Source: Anaerolineae bacterium (GTDB lineage Bacteria; Chloroflexota; Anaerolineae; B4-G1; DUEL01). Taken from it: 64,000 bases of DNA. Positions 29,290 through 40,110 of the stretch are shown piece by piece. The notes beneath the pieces were generated by a model. The model searched no databases. It saw only the letters and a list, made by a program, of their open reading frames with translations, and was not told the origin of the DNA. The stretch lies in assembly GCA_041082215.1 (NCBI GenBank), contig JBDOIF010000111.1, forward strand, positions 1 to 64,000, in the 5' to 3' direction. The position numbers and the translations under genes are program-made. Position 1 is the stretch's first letter. The number at the start of each line of letters is the position of its first letter.

Positions 29290-31185
29290 TCAGCTTCCCA
29301 GCCCTAAGAGTCCCTTCAGGAAGCGGAGCACTTTGTCCCAGAATCCCTCCCCTGTCTCCTCGGCCGTCTGTGCTGCTCCCGGTTGGGGTTCCTGTGGCTC
29401 CTCCACCTCCACCGTCAGCGTCTGCGTCACCACCTGGGGCTGGTCGAAGTCATCCAGGTAGTGGACCGTCACCACGACCTCTGCCGTCCCGCCCTGGTGG
29501 GCCACCGCCGTCGCCTCCAGCGACCCCGACGTCCCCCCGTCCAGCGGGCCGAAGTACATGGAGCCGCCGCTGATCTCCAACTGCTCGCTGGTGATCTCGA
29601 CGGTGCTCACGTTGACCAGGGAGCGGCCCAGGTTGATCACCTCGACCGGGAGCTCAAAGGGAGTGCCGACCACGGCCCCCTCCACGGGCTGATAGAAACC
29701 GATCTGGAAGCGGGGCTGCCGTCGTACCAGCAGGCTGATCAACTGGACATCGGTGCGGCGGGTCCCCCGGGAGTCATCGTAAGCCAGGGCTACAGGGAAG
29801 CTGTAGGCCCCGGGGTTGGCCCCACCATCCACCACCAGCCGCCGGGCCACCTCCGTCCGTTCTCCGGCTGGCAACCGGGGCAGGAAGAGGACATTGCCGG
29901 AATCGAGGGGGGCGAAGGGCTTGAGGCCCTCCCCTCCCTCCCCGCCCAGGGTTAACGTGAGCCGGAGCGCCTCCCCCCCTCCCACATTCTCCACTGTCAG
30001 GGTGAGGGTGAAGGTATCCCCTGGTGCAACCATCGGCGGATCGGTGTGGACATCAGCGATGAGCAGCTGGGGCCGGTCGCTCAGGGCGGTGCTCACGTCC
30101 AGCCCCACGCTCTGCTGGTCGGCATAGGCCCCGCCGCTATAGTCGCCGTACTGCAGGGAAAGGGCCAGCCCCCGTCGCCCGGCCTGCTGCACCTCCCCCA
30201 GCACCAGCGGGATCGTCACCGTCACCTGCTGGCCGACGCCGATCCAGTCCACCGCTGCCACGTTGCTTCCCTCGGCCGGCACGGCCAGCTCTGTGGAGGC
30301 CACACCCACCAGCACCCGGGTCGCCGTCCGGCTGCCCCGGTTGGAAAGGCGCAGGGTCAGGCTGAAGGCGTCGCCGGGGCTGAGGATGGGCGGGTTGGTA
30401 TGGGCGGCTTCGACCACCAGTTGGGGCCGTCCGCTCCCCACGCCGACCACCTCCACCGCCACGGTCTGGGGGTATTCGTAGTGGTTCCCCTCCCAGTCGT
30501 TGGCGCTGAGGTTGACCTGGAGGTTGTAGGTGCCGGAGGCCAGGCCGGCGGGGACCCTCATCCGCTGGGTGATGACGGCAGTATGGTTGATGTGGAGCTG
30601 GCCCAGGAGGTGGCCCGTCTCCCCCACAGGGAGGAAAGTGCCGCCGGGGAAGGTGACCAGGGTGTTCTCCCCCGCCCGGCTGCCGTTGTTGTAGATTTCG
30701 ATGGTGACGACGAACTCCTGCCCCGCCACGGCCTGTGAGGGGCTGGTGTTGTAGTTACGGATGGTGAGGATCGGCCGGCCAGGCACCGGCGTCGGGCGGG
30801 GGGTGGGGTATGGAGTGGGAGTGGGGATCGAGGTGGGAGCGACGATGGTGATCGCCGAGGGGAGGGTGGCGGAGGACCCTGGCTCGCTCACCTCCAGGTC
30901 ATAGACGCCAGCGGGGACGCCAGGGGGCACGGTGGCCCGCAGCGCCGTGTCGTTGACATAGACGGTGTCCAGCAGGCCGTACCCCACCAGCCGGGCCACG
31001 GTGGCGGTGGTGAAGCCGCTGCCGTAGATGCTGAGCACCCCCCCGGTCTCGCTGGGAAGCGTCTTCGGTTCCACCCCCGTCAGCCCAAGCTGGGCGGGTG
31101 GGGCGGCAAGGGCAACGGTTGCTAAAAGGAGGGCCGTCGCCGTTCCGGTTACCAGGAGAACACTCCACAGAACTCCCCTGCGCAT
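29290..31185 (-). CDS. Secreted Ig-like (IPT/CARDB, COG1361-like) protein
   Basis: Signal peptide, PT linker, repeated PG..F.L.L...N.G beta-sandwich units. Confidence 0.7.
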   Translation of the reverse strand: MRRGVLWSVLLVTGTATALLLATVALAAPPAQLGLTGVEPKTLPSETGGVLSIYGSGFTTATVARLVGYGLLDTVYVNDTALRATVPPGVPAGVYDLEVSEPGSSATLPSAITIVAPTSIPTPTPYPTPRPTPVPGRPILTIRNYNTSPSQAVAGQEFVVTIEIYNNGSRAGENTLVTFPGGTFLPVGETGHLLGQLHINHTAVITQRMRVPAGLASGTYNLQVNLSANDWEGNHYEYPQTVAVEVVGVGSGRPQLVVEAAHTNPPILSPGDAFSLTLRLSNRGSRTATRVLVGVASTELAVPAEGSNVAAVDWIGVGQQVTVTIPLVLGEVQQAGRRGLALSLQYGDYSGGAYADQQSVGLDVSTALSDRPQLLIADVHTDPPMVAPGDTFTLTLTVENVGGGEALRLTLTLGGEGGEGLKPFAPLDSGNVLFLPRLPAGERTEVARRLVVDGGANPGAYSFPVALAYDDSRGTRRTDVQLISLLVRRQPRFQIGFYQPVEGAVVGTPFELPVEVINLGRSLVNVSTVEITSEQLEISGGSMYFGPLDGGTSGSLEATAVAHQGGTAEVVVTVHYLDDFDQPQVVTQTLTVEVEEPQEPQPGAAQTAEETGEGFWDKVLRFLKGLLGLGS

Positions 31186-31201
31186 ATATTCCTCCCTCTG
31201 G

Positions 31202-31918
31202 CTACCTGACGGTTTTATCGGTCCCATCTACACGCTGGACTCTCCCATCCAGCAGGTAAATTCGTCGGCGGGCGAAGGCAGCCACAGCCGGGTCGTGGGA
31301 AACAACAATAATGGTACGGCCCTGCTCCTGGTTGAGCCGGGCCAGCACCTCCATCACCTCGGCTCCGGTGTGGCTGTCCAGGTTCCCTGTCGGCTCGTCG
31401 GCCAGGATGATGGCGGGGTCGTTGGCCAGTGCCCGGGCGATGGCGACCCGTTGCTGCTCCCCGCCGGAGAGCTCTGTGGGTCGGTGGCCCATACGGTCCT
31501 CCAGGCCGACCAGCTCCAGGAGGTGGCAGGCCCGCTCCCGCCGCCGGGCGGGGGAAGTGCGGGCGAAGAGCATGGGAAACTCGACATTCTCCAGCGCGGT
31601 CATCGTGGGGATCAGGTGGAAGAACTGGAAGACAAAGCCGATCTCTCTGCGGCGGTAGGCGGCCAGCCCGTCCTCATCCAGCTCGAGGAGGTCGCGGCCG
31701 CGCACCCAGAGGTGGCCGCCGGTGGGCCGATCGAGGCCCCCCAGCAGGTGGAGAAGGGTGGACTTGCCCGAGCCGGAGGGGCCCATCACGCTGAGGAACT
31801 CTCCTTCCTCCACTGTCAGGCTCACCCCGTCCAGCGCGTGGACCACCTGGCTGCCCATCGGGAAGTCCCGACGCAGGTCCTCGGTGTGGATCAGGGGGGA
31901 CTTACTGGCTGCTTCCAT
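31202..31918 (-). CDS. ABC transporter ATP-binding protein (LolD/MacB type)
   Basis: [26 protein letters not shown]. Confidence 0.95.
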   Translation of the reverse strand: MEAASKSPLIHTEDLRRDFPMGSQVVHALDGVSLTVEEGEFLSVMGPSGSGKSTLLHLLGGLDRPTGGHLWVRGRDLLELDEDGLAAYRRREIGFVFQFFHLIPTMTALENVEFPMLFARTSPARRRERACHLLELVGLEDRMGHRPTELSGGEQQRVAIARALANDPAIILADEPTGNLDSHTGAEVMEVLARLNQEQGRTIIVVSHDPAVAAFARRRIYLLDGRVQRVDGTDKTVR

Positions 31919-31940
31919 TGGAGCAATACTTCTGGCCGTT

Positions 31941-32756
31941 CTACGGCGCAGGGCCGACGACTGCCTGCTGGGTGAAGGCTGCCCCGACGAGTGCCGGGAT
32001 CATCGCCAGCGCCGTCAGAATCACCCACACGCCCAGGGTGATCAGGACCGCCCGGCGGCGGGGGAGGCGGGCAGTAACCATTGTGCCGACTGCCAGCAAT
32101 GCCAGGTTCCAGAGAAGGAAAAGGTCAATCCGGGAGAGGAAGGCCTGGAGAAGCAGCTGGCCTGTGCTGGGTGGGGCAACGATCATTTCGGAGATGGGCC
32201 GGTTCTCGGCCACCAGTCCGGAGAGGCCGGGGTTGGCGATCAACTGACCGGTGGTGAGAATATAGACCGTCTGCAACAGCCCACGGACCGTGTACGGGAT
32301 CCAGGCCCACACAACCATCCGGAACATCGCCCCGAAGGATGGGCGGCCACCGAACACCATGCCTGCCAGATGGAGGGCTCCTGCCCAGATCAGCCACCCC
32401 ACCCCCAGGCCGATCGCCCCGCCGATAGAGGGAAAGACAACGGTGATGAGGGGCGAAGAGGCGACCGACATAGCCTGTTCGATCTGTGCCTCGTCCTGGC
32501 CTGCCATCGCTTCACCCCACTGCTCCCTCATCTGCTCCTGGGCAGCAAGGACCGCCTCCCGGGTCTGGCGGGTGGCGATGGGGGCAGCGACCAGGATGGG
32601 CAGGATGAGCATCACCACGGCGAGGGTCGCTGGCAGCCACCAGGTCCGCCTGCCAGATTCGCTCAGGTGTTCCAGCGTCGCCCGTGGCCGGGCAACGATC
32701 CCCCAGAGAAGGCGGAAAGCCTCCCGGAGCCTCGACTCGTCCTTCTTTTCTGGCAT
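31941..32756 (-). CDS. Yip1 family membrane protein
   Basis: GIVARP..T N-terminus, about 5 TM helices, position ahead of the ABC genes. Confidence 0.75.
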   Translation of the reverse strand: MPEKKDESRLREAFRLLWGIVARPRATLEHLSESGRRTWWLPATLAVVMLILPILVAAPIATRQTREAVLAAQEQMREQWGEAMAGQDEAQIEQAMSVASSPLITVVFPSIGGAIGLGVGWLIWAGALHLAGMVFGGRPSFGAMFRMVVWAWIPYTVRGLLQTVYILTTGQLIANPGLSGLVAENRPISEMIVAPPSTGQLLLQAFLSRIDLFLLWNLALLAVGTMVTARLPRRRAVLITLGVWVILTALAMIPALVGAAFTQQAVVGPAP

Positions 32757-32872
32757 TGTCTTCCTCCCTGCCCTGTGGATCGCAAATCCCACGTACGCTC
32801 TGGATTTTACGAATCGAGTTAAATTCTCTCGGCCCCCGCGTCCCCGTGTCTCCGTGTCTCCATAGCGAACAC

Positions 32873-33346
32873 TCACCCCAGCGCCTGCATCAGGTCCCGC
32901 ATATGGAGAAGCTGGTGGCCGTAGATGGCGTTGATGAAGGTCTCCAGATCGATCTCCCCCAGCGCCGGATGGCGGCCTTTCCGGTCCAGGTCTGTCTCCT
33001 GGAGGCTCTGCACCCACTCGATGGTCCGCTGGCGTGCCGCGGCCAGGTCGGCCAGGAGTCTTTCGGGGGGCAGCCCTGCCAGCCGCTCCTGCTCAGCGGC
33101 GTTATACGCATTGTAGTCGAACCCCTCAGGCGCGCCAGGACCACCGGCAGCGATGTCCTGTGCCAGCCGCAGCAGCCCCTCCTCAGCGGAGACGAAGTGG
33201 GCCAGCAGGTCCCGCACCGTCCAGGGGTACGGTTTCTCATAGAGCACCGTTTCCCACTGGGCGGGACTGATAGAGCCAAAGATGCTCGTCGTCTTCTCGA
33301 TCCCCTTCCGCAGCCTGTCCAGCAATTGATCAATCCGTTCACTCAT
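32873..33346 (-). CDS. DinB-like/maleylpyruvate isomerase N-terminal domain protein
   Basis: WTVRDLLAH ... H..LH..D. Confidence 0.8.
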   Translation of the reverse strand: MSERIDQLLDRLRKGIEKTTSIFGSISPAQWETVLYEKPYPWTVRDLLAHFVSAEEGLLRLAQDIAAGGPGAPEGFDYNAYNAAEQERLAGLPPERLLADLAAARQRTIEWVQSLQETDLDRKGRHPALGEIDLETFINAIYGHQLLHMRDLMQALG

Positions 33347-33375
33347 TTCAACCCATCCTTTCGTCCTGGCTGCCA

Positions 33376-34164
33376 TCACCTTTTCTGCCAGAGACTGATA
33401 CCCCACTGGATGACAGCCAGTTGTGAGAGGCCGATCCAGGCCAGTAACAGCGTTCCTCCCCAGGCGAGCAACCGGATCGGACGGCCCGCATTCTGGCGGA
33501 GGGTTTCCATTTGTTGTTGAAGCTGGTTCAGGGACCGGATATGGTCGCCGAGGGTCGCCGCAGCTCCGCCCACATGCCCGCTGAGGCCAGAGACGTACCC
33601 CCCCATCTGCTCGACGCTCTCCTGCACCCGATTCAGGTCGGCGTTCACCTGCCGCAGGCTGACTCCCATCCGGCGCAGGTCGGCCGGCACCGGCTCCAGG
33701 CTCTCCCGGACGTCGGCAATAGCCTGATCCAGCGGCACAGCGGGGGCGTAATTTGCCAGGCCCAGGCGGCTGATTCCCCGTAATGTCTGATCCATCCCGT
33801 AGGCCGTCTCCTGCATGGACTCCAGAGCGACGAGCGCAGCCTCGATGCTCTGGGGGAGGCTGTCCTCGACCAGGCTGGCTGTCGTCCCCAGGACAGACTG
33901 GGCGCTTTGGAGAGTTTCCTGGAGGCTCAACGTGGAAGTGTACAACCCCTCTGAGGCGATGGCGGTGTTCTCCATTGTAGCTGAGGCAACGTTCAGTGAG
34001 TTCTCTATGTTATTCAGCATTTGCAGCGCAAAGCCCAGTGCGCTATCCGCTGCTTTCGTCGCGTCGTCGGCCAGTCGCCAGAGGGAGAAAATCCCCAGCG
34101 CACAGATCAGAACGCCTAACGCGCCGGTCAAAGCCAGAATGGCTCCCAGGGCCCGTTTGATCAT
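33376..34164 (-). CDS. Hypothetical membrane protein with coiled-coil region
   Basis: Two terminal TM helices around a heptad-rich segment; overlaps the mce stop. Confidence 0.65.
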   Translation of the reverse strand: MIKRALGAILALTGALGVLICALGIFSLWRLADDATKAADSALGFALQMLNNIENSLNVASATMENTAIASEGLYTSTLSLQETLQSAQSVLGTTASLVEDSLPQSIEAALVALESMQETAYGMDQTLRGISRLGLANYAPAVPLDQAIADVRESLEPVPADLRRMGVSLRQVNADLNRVQESVEQMGGYVSGLSGHVGGAAATLGDHIRSLNQLQQQMETLRQNAGRPIRLLAWGGTLLLAWIGLSQLAVIQWGISLWQKR

Positions 34165-34565
34165 TTTTCCACCTCGTACAGTTCCAGCAGGACTCCGTGG
34201 GCCGACTGCGGATGGACGAAGAGATAGCGGGTGCCGTGGGCTCCGACGCGGGGCTCTTCGCTCAGCAGCCTTGCCCCCGCCGTCCGCAGCCGTTCCGCCG
34301 CCTCCTCGATGTTGTCCACCCGCAGGCAGATGTGATGGAGGCCCTCCCCCCGCTTTTCCAGAAACCGGGCCACGCCCCCTTCCTCACTCAGAGGCTGGAG
34401 CAATTCGATCTCCCCCTCCCCGGTGGGGAGGAAGGCGATCTCCACCCCCTCCTCCGGCACCTCCCGCCGCTCCGTCACTTCCAGCCCCAGCGCATCTCTG
34501 TAGAAGGCCAGAGCGGCATCCAGGTCGTGCACGGCTATGGCGATGTGGTGAATGGACAGGGTCAT
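34161..34565 (-). CDS. mce: Methylmalonyl-CoA epimerase
   Basis: HIAIAV, IELLQP, GEGLHHI, FVHP...GVLLEL; same operon as the mutase. Confidence 0.92.
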   Translation of the reverse strand: MTLSIHHIAIAVHDLDAALAFYRDALGLEVTERREVPEEGVEIAFLPTGEGEIELLQPLSEEGGVARFLEKRGEGLHHICLRVDNIEEAAERLRTAGARLLSEEPRVGAHGTRYLFVHPQSAHGVLLELYEVEK

Positions 34566-34586
34566 CGTGTCCTCCCTAGTTGAAAC

Positions 34587-35939
34587 TCATTTCCGCACCA
34601 GGACGTAACGGCCGCGGGTGGCAGACGAGGTGGCGGTGTAAAGGTAGGTTGCCGGACCGACAACGACCAGGTCGGCGTGGCCCACCCCCACATTTCCTGG
34701 CAGGTCCATCAACACCGGGTTGCCGGGGTACTTTTCCCACGGCCCGTCAATAGCTGGCCCCATGCTGCGGGCAAAGCCCAGGCCGAACTGGTCATCCACG
34801 ACGAAGGGGTTGCTGGGCCCCCGCACGCCCTCATACACCATGTAGTAGTGGTCGCCCCACCGCACCACGTCGGCGGAGGAGATGGTGCGGAATTCGAAAT
34901 AAGGGTTGGCGGCCGGGCCCAGAAGGTCCACCGGCCCGTAGCCGTTCTCCGCCCCGAAGAGGGGATTGGCGGCGCACCTGTGCAGCCCTGCCGCACCGGC
35001 GGCCTTGTTGCCCACATAGCAGCCCATATGGCCCGGCGCCCGGCCCAGGGCGACAAAGACGTAGAGCCACGGCCCCTCGATATAGATGCCAGGGGGACCG
35101 CCCACCAGACAGTCGTACTCCAGCTCGGAGAAGATATGGGGATGTTCGCCGATGGCGTCGGCCCCGCTGCATGGGCCGTTTTCGAGGTTCCAGACCCCTG
35201 TTCCAGGGACGCGGGCCGGAGGCGACCAGTGGAGGCCATCGGTGGAGGTGCGCAGATAGACCTGCGCTCCCCACTCATATACCATATAGGCGCGGTCGGC
35301 GTCGAAGAAGACGCGCGGGTATTGTTGCTGGTTGACGTGGTCGCGGACCGGATCGCAGGGGCAGGCAGCGCAGGAGAGGAGGCAGGCCGGCCCTTCGAGG
35401 CTGAAGTGCCGCCCGCCGTCGGTGCTCTTCCACAGGGTGACGCAGCCGGGAAAGGGGACCGGATCGCCGCACGGGTCCAGTACACCGGCGGATTGGTGAC
35501 TGGCGTGCAGGTAGGACCAGAACTCCCCCCCACCCCGGTAGACCGTATCCGACTCGCCCACGGGCAGGCCCACATCATATTCTTCCAGCACCCACTCGGC
35601 CGTACCGGCCCAGAACTCGTCCAGTGTGGCAAACGCACGCCCCGGTGGGGGGACAAACTCATACGCAGGCGCAGGTGTCGCCGTGGGGGGCAGGGGGGTC
35701 GGCGTGGGCGGGGGGGTCGGGGTGGGGGATGGGGTGAGAGTGGCGGTGGGAAGGGGAGTCGGTGTGGGAGAAGGGACGGGGGTCTGCGTAGCCGTGGGCA
35801 GGGGCGTATGTGTGGGTGAAGGGATGGAAGGCGGCGTGGCCTCTAAAGGCGCTGCCGGCACAGGGGTTGCCAGGCATCCGGCGTTCGCCAGCAAAATCAG
35901 TATGCCCAGCGACGACAGGGATCGGTGAACGGTCCTCAT
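34587..35939 (-). CDS. Lipoprotein with Pro/Thr linker and Cys-rich beta-propeller-like domain
   Basis: Lipobox LANAGC, PT repeats, Asp-box-like STDGG..F and STDGLHW, WEKYPGNPV. Confidence 0.65.
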   Translation of the reverse strand: MRTVHRSLSSLGILILLANAGCLATPVPAAPLEATPPSIPSPTHTPLPTATQTPVPSPTPTPLPTATLTPSPTPTPPPTPTPLPPTATPAPAYEFVPPPGRAFATLDEFWAGTAEWVLEEYDVGLPVGESDTVYRGGGEFWSYLHASHQSAGVLDPCGDPVPFPGCVTLWKSTDGGRHFSLEGPACLLSCAACPCDPVRDHVNQQQYPRVFFDADRAYMVYEWGAQVYLRTSTDGLHWSPPARVPGTGVWNLENGPCSGADAIGEHPHIFSELEYDCLVGGPPGIYIEGPWLYVFVALGRAPGHMGCYVGNKAAGAAGLHRCAANPLFGAENGYGPVDLLGPAANPYFEFRTISSADVVRWGDHYYMVYEGVRGPSNPFVVDDQFGLGFARSMGPAIDGPWEKYPGNPVLMDLPGNVGVGHADLVVVGPATYLYTATSSATRGRYVLVRK

Positions 35940-36430
35940 CCGCGCCTTGCCTTCACGCCCTGCCGCCACTCCGGGGGTTCCAGACTGTCCAGACGGCCTG
36001 TATGTTCTCGCAACTGGGCCCGCACAAACGCTCTCTGTACCGCTACAGGGAAGAGTTCCGAGATCACGAACTCGAAGACGGCGTTGAACTCGGAATGTTC
36101 TCCCGCATGGGCCAGCTGGTAGGCATCCTCCAGCGTCTCGACCTGGGCCAGGGCTACCGCCGGGGAGAAGGCAGCCGCAGCCCGCGCCTCCCGAAGGAGG
36201 TCAGGGTCCGCCGGGGCGGCCAGTTGCTCCGCCGTCAACCCCTCCTGTGCCTGTTCCAGCAGGTGGATATGGGAGGCCTCGTCCGCTGCCAGCTTCCACC
36301 AGACCTCGGCGGCCTTCGGCTCGTGGGCGAACATCTCCGTCAGGTGGAGGTAGAAAGTCTGCGCCGCCTTCTCCGCCCGGGTCAGCAGGTCGAACAACGC
36401 CCGAATTGTGTTTCCACTCTGGCTGTTCAT
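35936..36430 (-). CDS. Ferritin-like (rubrerythrin-type) protein, copy 2
   Basis: E..A..FY, DEASH, EHSE and REH di-iron-type motifs. Confidence 0.75.
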   Translation of the reverse strand: MNSQSGNTIRALFDLLTRAEKAAQTFYLHLTEMFAHEPKAAEVWWKLAADEASHIHLLEQAQEGLTAEQLAAPADPDLLREARAAAAFSPAVALAQVETLEDAYQLAHAGEHSEFNAVFEFVISELFPVAVQRAFVRAQLREHTGRLDSLEPPEWRQGVKARRG

Positions 36431-36927
36431 CTCCTCTCCTCATCCAGTGCTTTCACACTCCGGCGCCACGATTCTCCCTGCAGTTCCTGAAAGCGCTTGA
36501 TGTGGTCCCGAAGGTAAAGCTCCACCAGCCGGTCCCGGACCCCCTCCTCCAGATGCGCGTACTCGGTCAGGATGAACTCGAAGACGACGTTGATCTCACT
36601 TTGCTCCAGGTCCAGGGCGATCTCGTAGGCGTCATTCAGGTTGTGAACCTGTCGCAGGGCCCGGTCCGGTGAGAAGCGTATGGCCGCCATGAGCTTGTAC
36701 AGCATCTCCGGATTGGCAGGGGCCTGGAGTTCATCGGCTGTCAGGCCGACACGCGCCTGTTCCATCAGGCGACGGTGCTCTCTCTCGTCATCCAGCATAT
36801 TCTGCCAGAATGCAGCAGCACGGGGGGAATGCTGGAACTTGCGGAGCAATCCCTCATAGAACACTGCGGCCTTCTCCTCGGCGGCGATGACTCCCCCCAG
36901 CAGATCGGCCACCCTGCCTTTCACCAT
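36427..36927 (-). CDS. Ferritin-like (rubrerythrin-type) protein, copy 1
   Basis: EEKAAVFY, DEREH, LEQSE and RDH motifs. Confidence 0.75.
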   Translation of the reverse strand: MVKGRVADLLGGVIAAEEKAAVFYEGLLRKFQHSPRAAAFWQNMLDDEREHRRLMEQARVGLTADELQAPANPEMLYKLMAAIRFSPDRALRQVHNLNDAYEIALDLEQSEINVVFEFILTEYAHLEEGVRDRLVELYLRDHIKRFQELQGESWRRSVKALDEERR

Positions 36928-36953
36928 GCTCCCTCCGACCCGGCAGGCTGTCA

Positions 36954-38618
36954 TCACAGGCTCGTCTGGGGCCGGTATTCCCCCCAGACGGTGCGCAGCA
37001 CCCCGCAGATTTCCCCCAGCGTGCAGTCGGACTCGACGGCGTGGATGAACAGGGGCATCAGTGGCTCATCGTCCGCCCGGGCGGCAGCCTCGATACGGGC
37101 CAGAGCTGCTGAAGCCCGCTCCCCATCCCGTCGGGCGCGGAGCGCGGCCAGCCGCTCCCGCTGCCGTGCCTCCACGGCGGGGTCAACCACCAGCCGCTCC
37201 AGCCTGGCCTCCTCCTCCTCGACCTGGTAAGCGTTGACACCGACGACGATCCGCTCCCCTCGTTCCACTGCCTGCTGGTAGCGGTATGCAGCGTCGGCGA
37301 TCTCCTGCTGCATGTAGCCCTTCTCGATGGCTGCCAGCGCTCCACCCATCCCTTCGATCTTTTCGATGTAGGCCAGCGCCCTTCGCTCGATCTCCCCGGT
37401 CAGATACTCGATCACATAGGAGCCAGCCAGGGGGTCCACCGTGCTGGCCACGCCCGACTCGTGGGCGATGACCTGCTGGGTGCGAAGGGCGATGCGGACC
37501 GACTCCTCGGTGGGCAGCCACAATGCCTCGTCGCGGGAGTTGGTGTGGAGGGACTGCGTCCCACCCAGCACCGCTGCCAGCGCCTGGATCGTCACCCGGA
37601 TCACGTTGATCTCCGGCTGCTGGGCGGTGAGGGTGCAGCCCGCCGTTTGGGTATGGAAGCGAAGGGTCCAGGAGCGGGGGTCCTGCGCGCCGAACCGTTC
37701 CCGCATCACCCGTGCCCAGAGCCGTCGGGCAGCGCGGAACTTGGCGATCTCCTCCAGGAAGTCGTTGTGGGCGTTGAAGAAGAAGGAGAGGCGTGGGGCG
37801 AAGTCATCCACGTCCAGCCCGGCGTCCATGGCGGCCTGGACGTAAGCGATGCCGTTGGCGAGGGTAAAGGCCACTTCCTGGACAGCGGTGGAACCGGCTT
37901 CGCGGATATGATAGCCGCTGATGCTGATGGTATTCCATCTGGGAACCTCGGCGGCGCAGTAACGGAAGAGGTCGGTCACCAGACGCATGGAGGGGCGTGG
38001 GGGAAAGATGTAGGTACCACGGGCGATGTATTCTTTCAGGATGTCGTTCTGCACCGTGCCGCGAAGCTGTTGCGGACTCACTCCCTGCTCCTTCGCCACG
38101 GCGATGTACATCGCCAGGATGATGGCGGCAGGGGCATTGATGGTCATCGAGGTGCTCACCTGATCCAGCGGGATGCCGTTGAAGAGGACCCGCATATCAT
38201 CCAGGCTGCTCACCGAGACGCCGACCTTGCCCACTTCCCCCTCGGCCAGCGGGTCGTCGGCGTCGTATCCCAGTTGGGTGGGCAGGTCGAAGGCCACCGA
38301 AAGGCCGGTCTGCCCCTGTTCCAGGAGATACCGGTAGCGGGCGTTGGACTCCTCGGCGGTGGCGTAACCGGCATACTGACGCATTGTCCACAGCCGGCCC
38401 CGGTACATGGTCGGTTGCACCCCGCGGGTGAAGGGATACTCGCCGGGAAAGCCCAGGTCGTTCAGGTAATCCAGCTCGATATCGGCAGGGGTGTAAATTC
38501 GGTCGAGGGGGATGCCGGAGAGGGTCTCGAACCGCTCCTGTCGCTCGGGCGAGCGGGTCAGTGTCGGCCCGACGATCTCCTCCTCCCATTTTCGTCTGGC
38601 CTCCCTCAGATCGTTCAC
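36954..38618 (-). CDS. Methylmalonyl-CoA mutase, substrate-binding (large) subunit
   Basis: [38 protein letters not shown]; no B12-binding domain. Confidence 0.95.
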   Translation of the reverse strand: MNDLREARRKWEEEIVGPTLTRSPERQERFETLSGIPLDRIYTPADIELDYLNDLGFPGEYPFTRGVQPTMYRGRLWTMRQYAGYATAEESNARYRYLLEQGQTGLSVAFDLPTQLGYDADDPLAEGEVGKVGVSVSSLDDMRVLFNGIPLDQVSTSMTINAPAAIILAMYIAVAKEQGVSPQQLRGTVQNDILKEYIARGTYIFPPRPSMRLVTDLFRYCAAEVPRWNTISISGYHIREAGSTAVQEVAFTLANGIAYVQAAMDAGLDVDDFAPRLSFFFNAHNDFLEEIAKFRAARRLWARVMRERFGAQDPRSWTLRFHTQTAGCTLTAQQPEINVIRVTIQALAAVLGGTQSLHTNSRDEALWLPTEESVRIALRTQQVIAHESGVASTVDPLAGSYVIEYLTGEIERRALAYIEKIEGMGGALAAIEKGYMQQEIADAAYRYQQAVERGERIVVGVNAYQVEEEEARLERLVVDPAVEARQRERLAALRARRDGERASAALARIEAAARADDEPLMPLFIHAVESDCTLGEICGVLRTVWGEYRPQTSL

Positions 38619-38664
38619 CAAGCCTTCCTCCTGGTTCCTGTAGCCTGTCCGGAGACAGTGGTTT

Positions 38665-39627
38665 CTACTCTTCACCCTGGACCGGCGGGCTGCCCAGGAT
38701 AGCCTCGATCTCTTCCAGCACGTCCTCCGAAAGTTGCACGCCGGATGCTTTGACGTTGGAAAGGACGTGCTCGGGGCGGGTGGCGCCGGTGATGACGCAA
38801 CTGATCTCCGGCCTGCGCAGGATCCAGGCCAGCGCCAGTTGGGACATCTCCAGCCCCAGTCCCTGCGCCAGCGTTGTGAGGCGGCGCACCTTCGCCAGGT
38901 TCTCCTCGGTCAGGTCGCCCTGGAGCCACTCACTGGTGGCGGCGCGGCTCTCCCGTGGGACCCCTTCGTTGTACTTGCCGGTAAGGATCCCCTGGGCCAG
39001 CGGGCTCCAGACGGTGAGGCCGATGCCGTGGAGGGCGCAGGTGGGCATAATCTCTTCCTCGATGTGGCGGTCGAGCATGTTGTAGCGGGGCTGTTCCACC
39101 TGGGGCGGGTAAGCGTTCAGGGCCCGTGCCGTCCCCACCGCTGCCTCGATCTGAGCTGCCGTCCACACACTGGTCCCCCAGTAGAGGATTTTGCCCTGAT
39201 GGACCAGGTCGTCCATCGCCCGCACCACCTCTTCGACGGGCGTTTCCGGGTCGTACCGGTGGCAGTAGTAGATGTCCAGATAGTCGGTCCCCAGCCGGCG
39301 CAGGGAGCCCTCCACCGACTCGAAGATATGTTTTCGGCTGAGTCCCCGGTCATTGACATCGTCGCTCATTGGCCAGAAGACTTTGCTGGAGAGGACCAGG
39401 TTCTGGCGACGGAGGCCGAGGTCGTGGATGACCTTGCCCACCACCCGTTCTGCCTCGCCGCGGGCGTAGATGTCGGCGTTATCCAGGAAGTTGACGCCGT
39501 TATCCACAGCGGCTTTGATGCAGGCCCGGGCCGTCCGCTCGTCTACGGAAGCGCCGAAGGTCAGCCAGGCCCCCAGCGCGATCTCGCTGACCTTGATCCC
39601 TGCCCTGCCCAATTGCCGGTATTTCAT
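38665..39627 (-). CDS. Aldo/keto reductase (Kv-beta-like)
   Basis: DNADIY, SSKVFW, DIYYCHR, WSPLAQG. Confidence 0.93.
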   Translation of the reverse strand: MKYRQLGRAGIKVSEIALGAWLTFGASVDERTARACIKAAVDNGVNFLDNADIYARGEAERVVGKVIHDLGLRRQNLVLSSKVFWPMSDDVNDRGLSRKHIFESVEGSLRRLGTDYLDIYYCHRYDPETPVEEVVRAMDDLVHQGKILYWGTSVWTAAQIEAAVGTARALNAYPPQVEQPRYNMLDRHIEEEIMPTCALHGIGLTVWSPLAQGILTGKYNEGVPRESRAATSEWLQGDLTEENLAKVRRLTTLAQGLGLEMSQLALAWILRRPEISCVITGATRPEHVLSNVKASGVQLSEDVLEEIEAILGSPPVQGEE

Positions 39628-39737
39628 CCTGAGGCTCCTTTCTGCAGAGGGTTCACCCTGGTTGCTGCGGATGGCCGTTATTGTACCCGGATTCGGGGAG
39701 GGGTGCAACCTGCGGTCGTCTTTCACTTTTGGTTCTC

Positions 39738-39765
39738 TGTAGGGCAAGCTTAAGCTTGCCCTACA
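39738..39765. repeat. GTAG-type perfect palindrome
   Basis: TGTAGGGCAAGCTTAAGCTTGCCCTACA. Confidence 0.7.
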
Positions 39766-39847
39766 TGTTTTGACAGAGGGGAGGAACCGCGGTATACTTT
39801 TAACGCTTCTATCCTCGCTGTCGGGAGACGGAAAGCACAAGCCGCTC

Positions 39848-39875
39848 TTGACCGCTCCGGCAGGCATGGTATAAT
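39848..39875 (+). promoter_or_regulatory. tRNA operon promoter
   Basis: TTGACC-16-TATAAT with extended TGn. Confidence 0.7.
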
Positions 39876-39881
39876 TAAAGA

Positions 39882-39954
39882 GCCGACGTAGCTCAAGCGG
39901 CAGAGCATCCGCCTTGTAAGCGGAAGTGTGCGGGTTCAAGTCCCGCCGTCGGCT
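39882..39954 (+). tRNA. tRNA-Thr (TGT)
   Basis: Cloverleaf with CTTGTAA anticodon loop. Confidence 0.95.
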
Positions 39955-39970
39955 TCCGAGGGGGAAACAG

Positions 39971-40055
39971 GGGTCGGTGGCCCGAGCGGCAAAGGGGGCG
40001 GACTGTAAATCCGCTGGCTCAGCCTTCGCAGGTTCGAGTCCTGCCCGGCCCACCA
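39971..40055 (+). tRNA. tRNA-Tyr (GTA)
   Basis: Cloverleaf with long variable arm, CTGTAAA loop, encoded CCA. Confidence 0.95.
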
Positions 40056-40058
40056 GAT

Positions 40059-40096
40059 AAACGATACAGGCGGACGAAAGTCCGCCTGTATCGTTT
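40059..40096. terminator. Bidirectional intrinsic terminator
   Basis: AAACGATACAGGCGGAC-GAAA-GTCCGCCTGTATCGTTT between convergent units. Confidence 0.75.
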
Positions 40097-40110
40097 CGAG
40101 CACCCGACTG

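Noticed and set aside
36954..38618. Mutase lacking a B12-binding domain as a pseudogene
   Set aside because: Split two-subunit mutases are common and the ORF is intact.
39628..40053. N-terminal extension of the aldo/keto reductase ORF
   Set aside because: It is antisense to two tRNAs; the real start is MKYRQ at 39627 with an RBS.
39882..40110. tRNA-anchored genomic island
   Set aside because: No integrase and no duplicated tRNA 3' end was found in the window.
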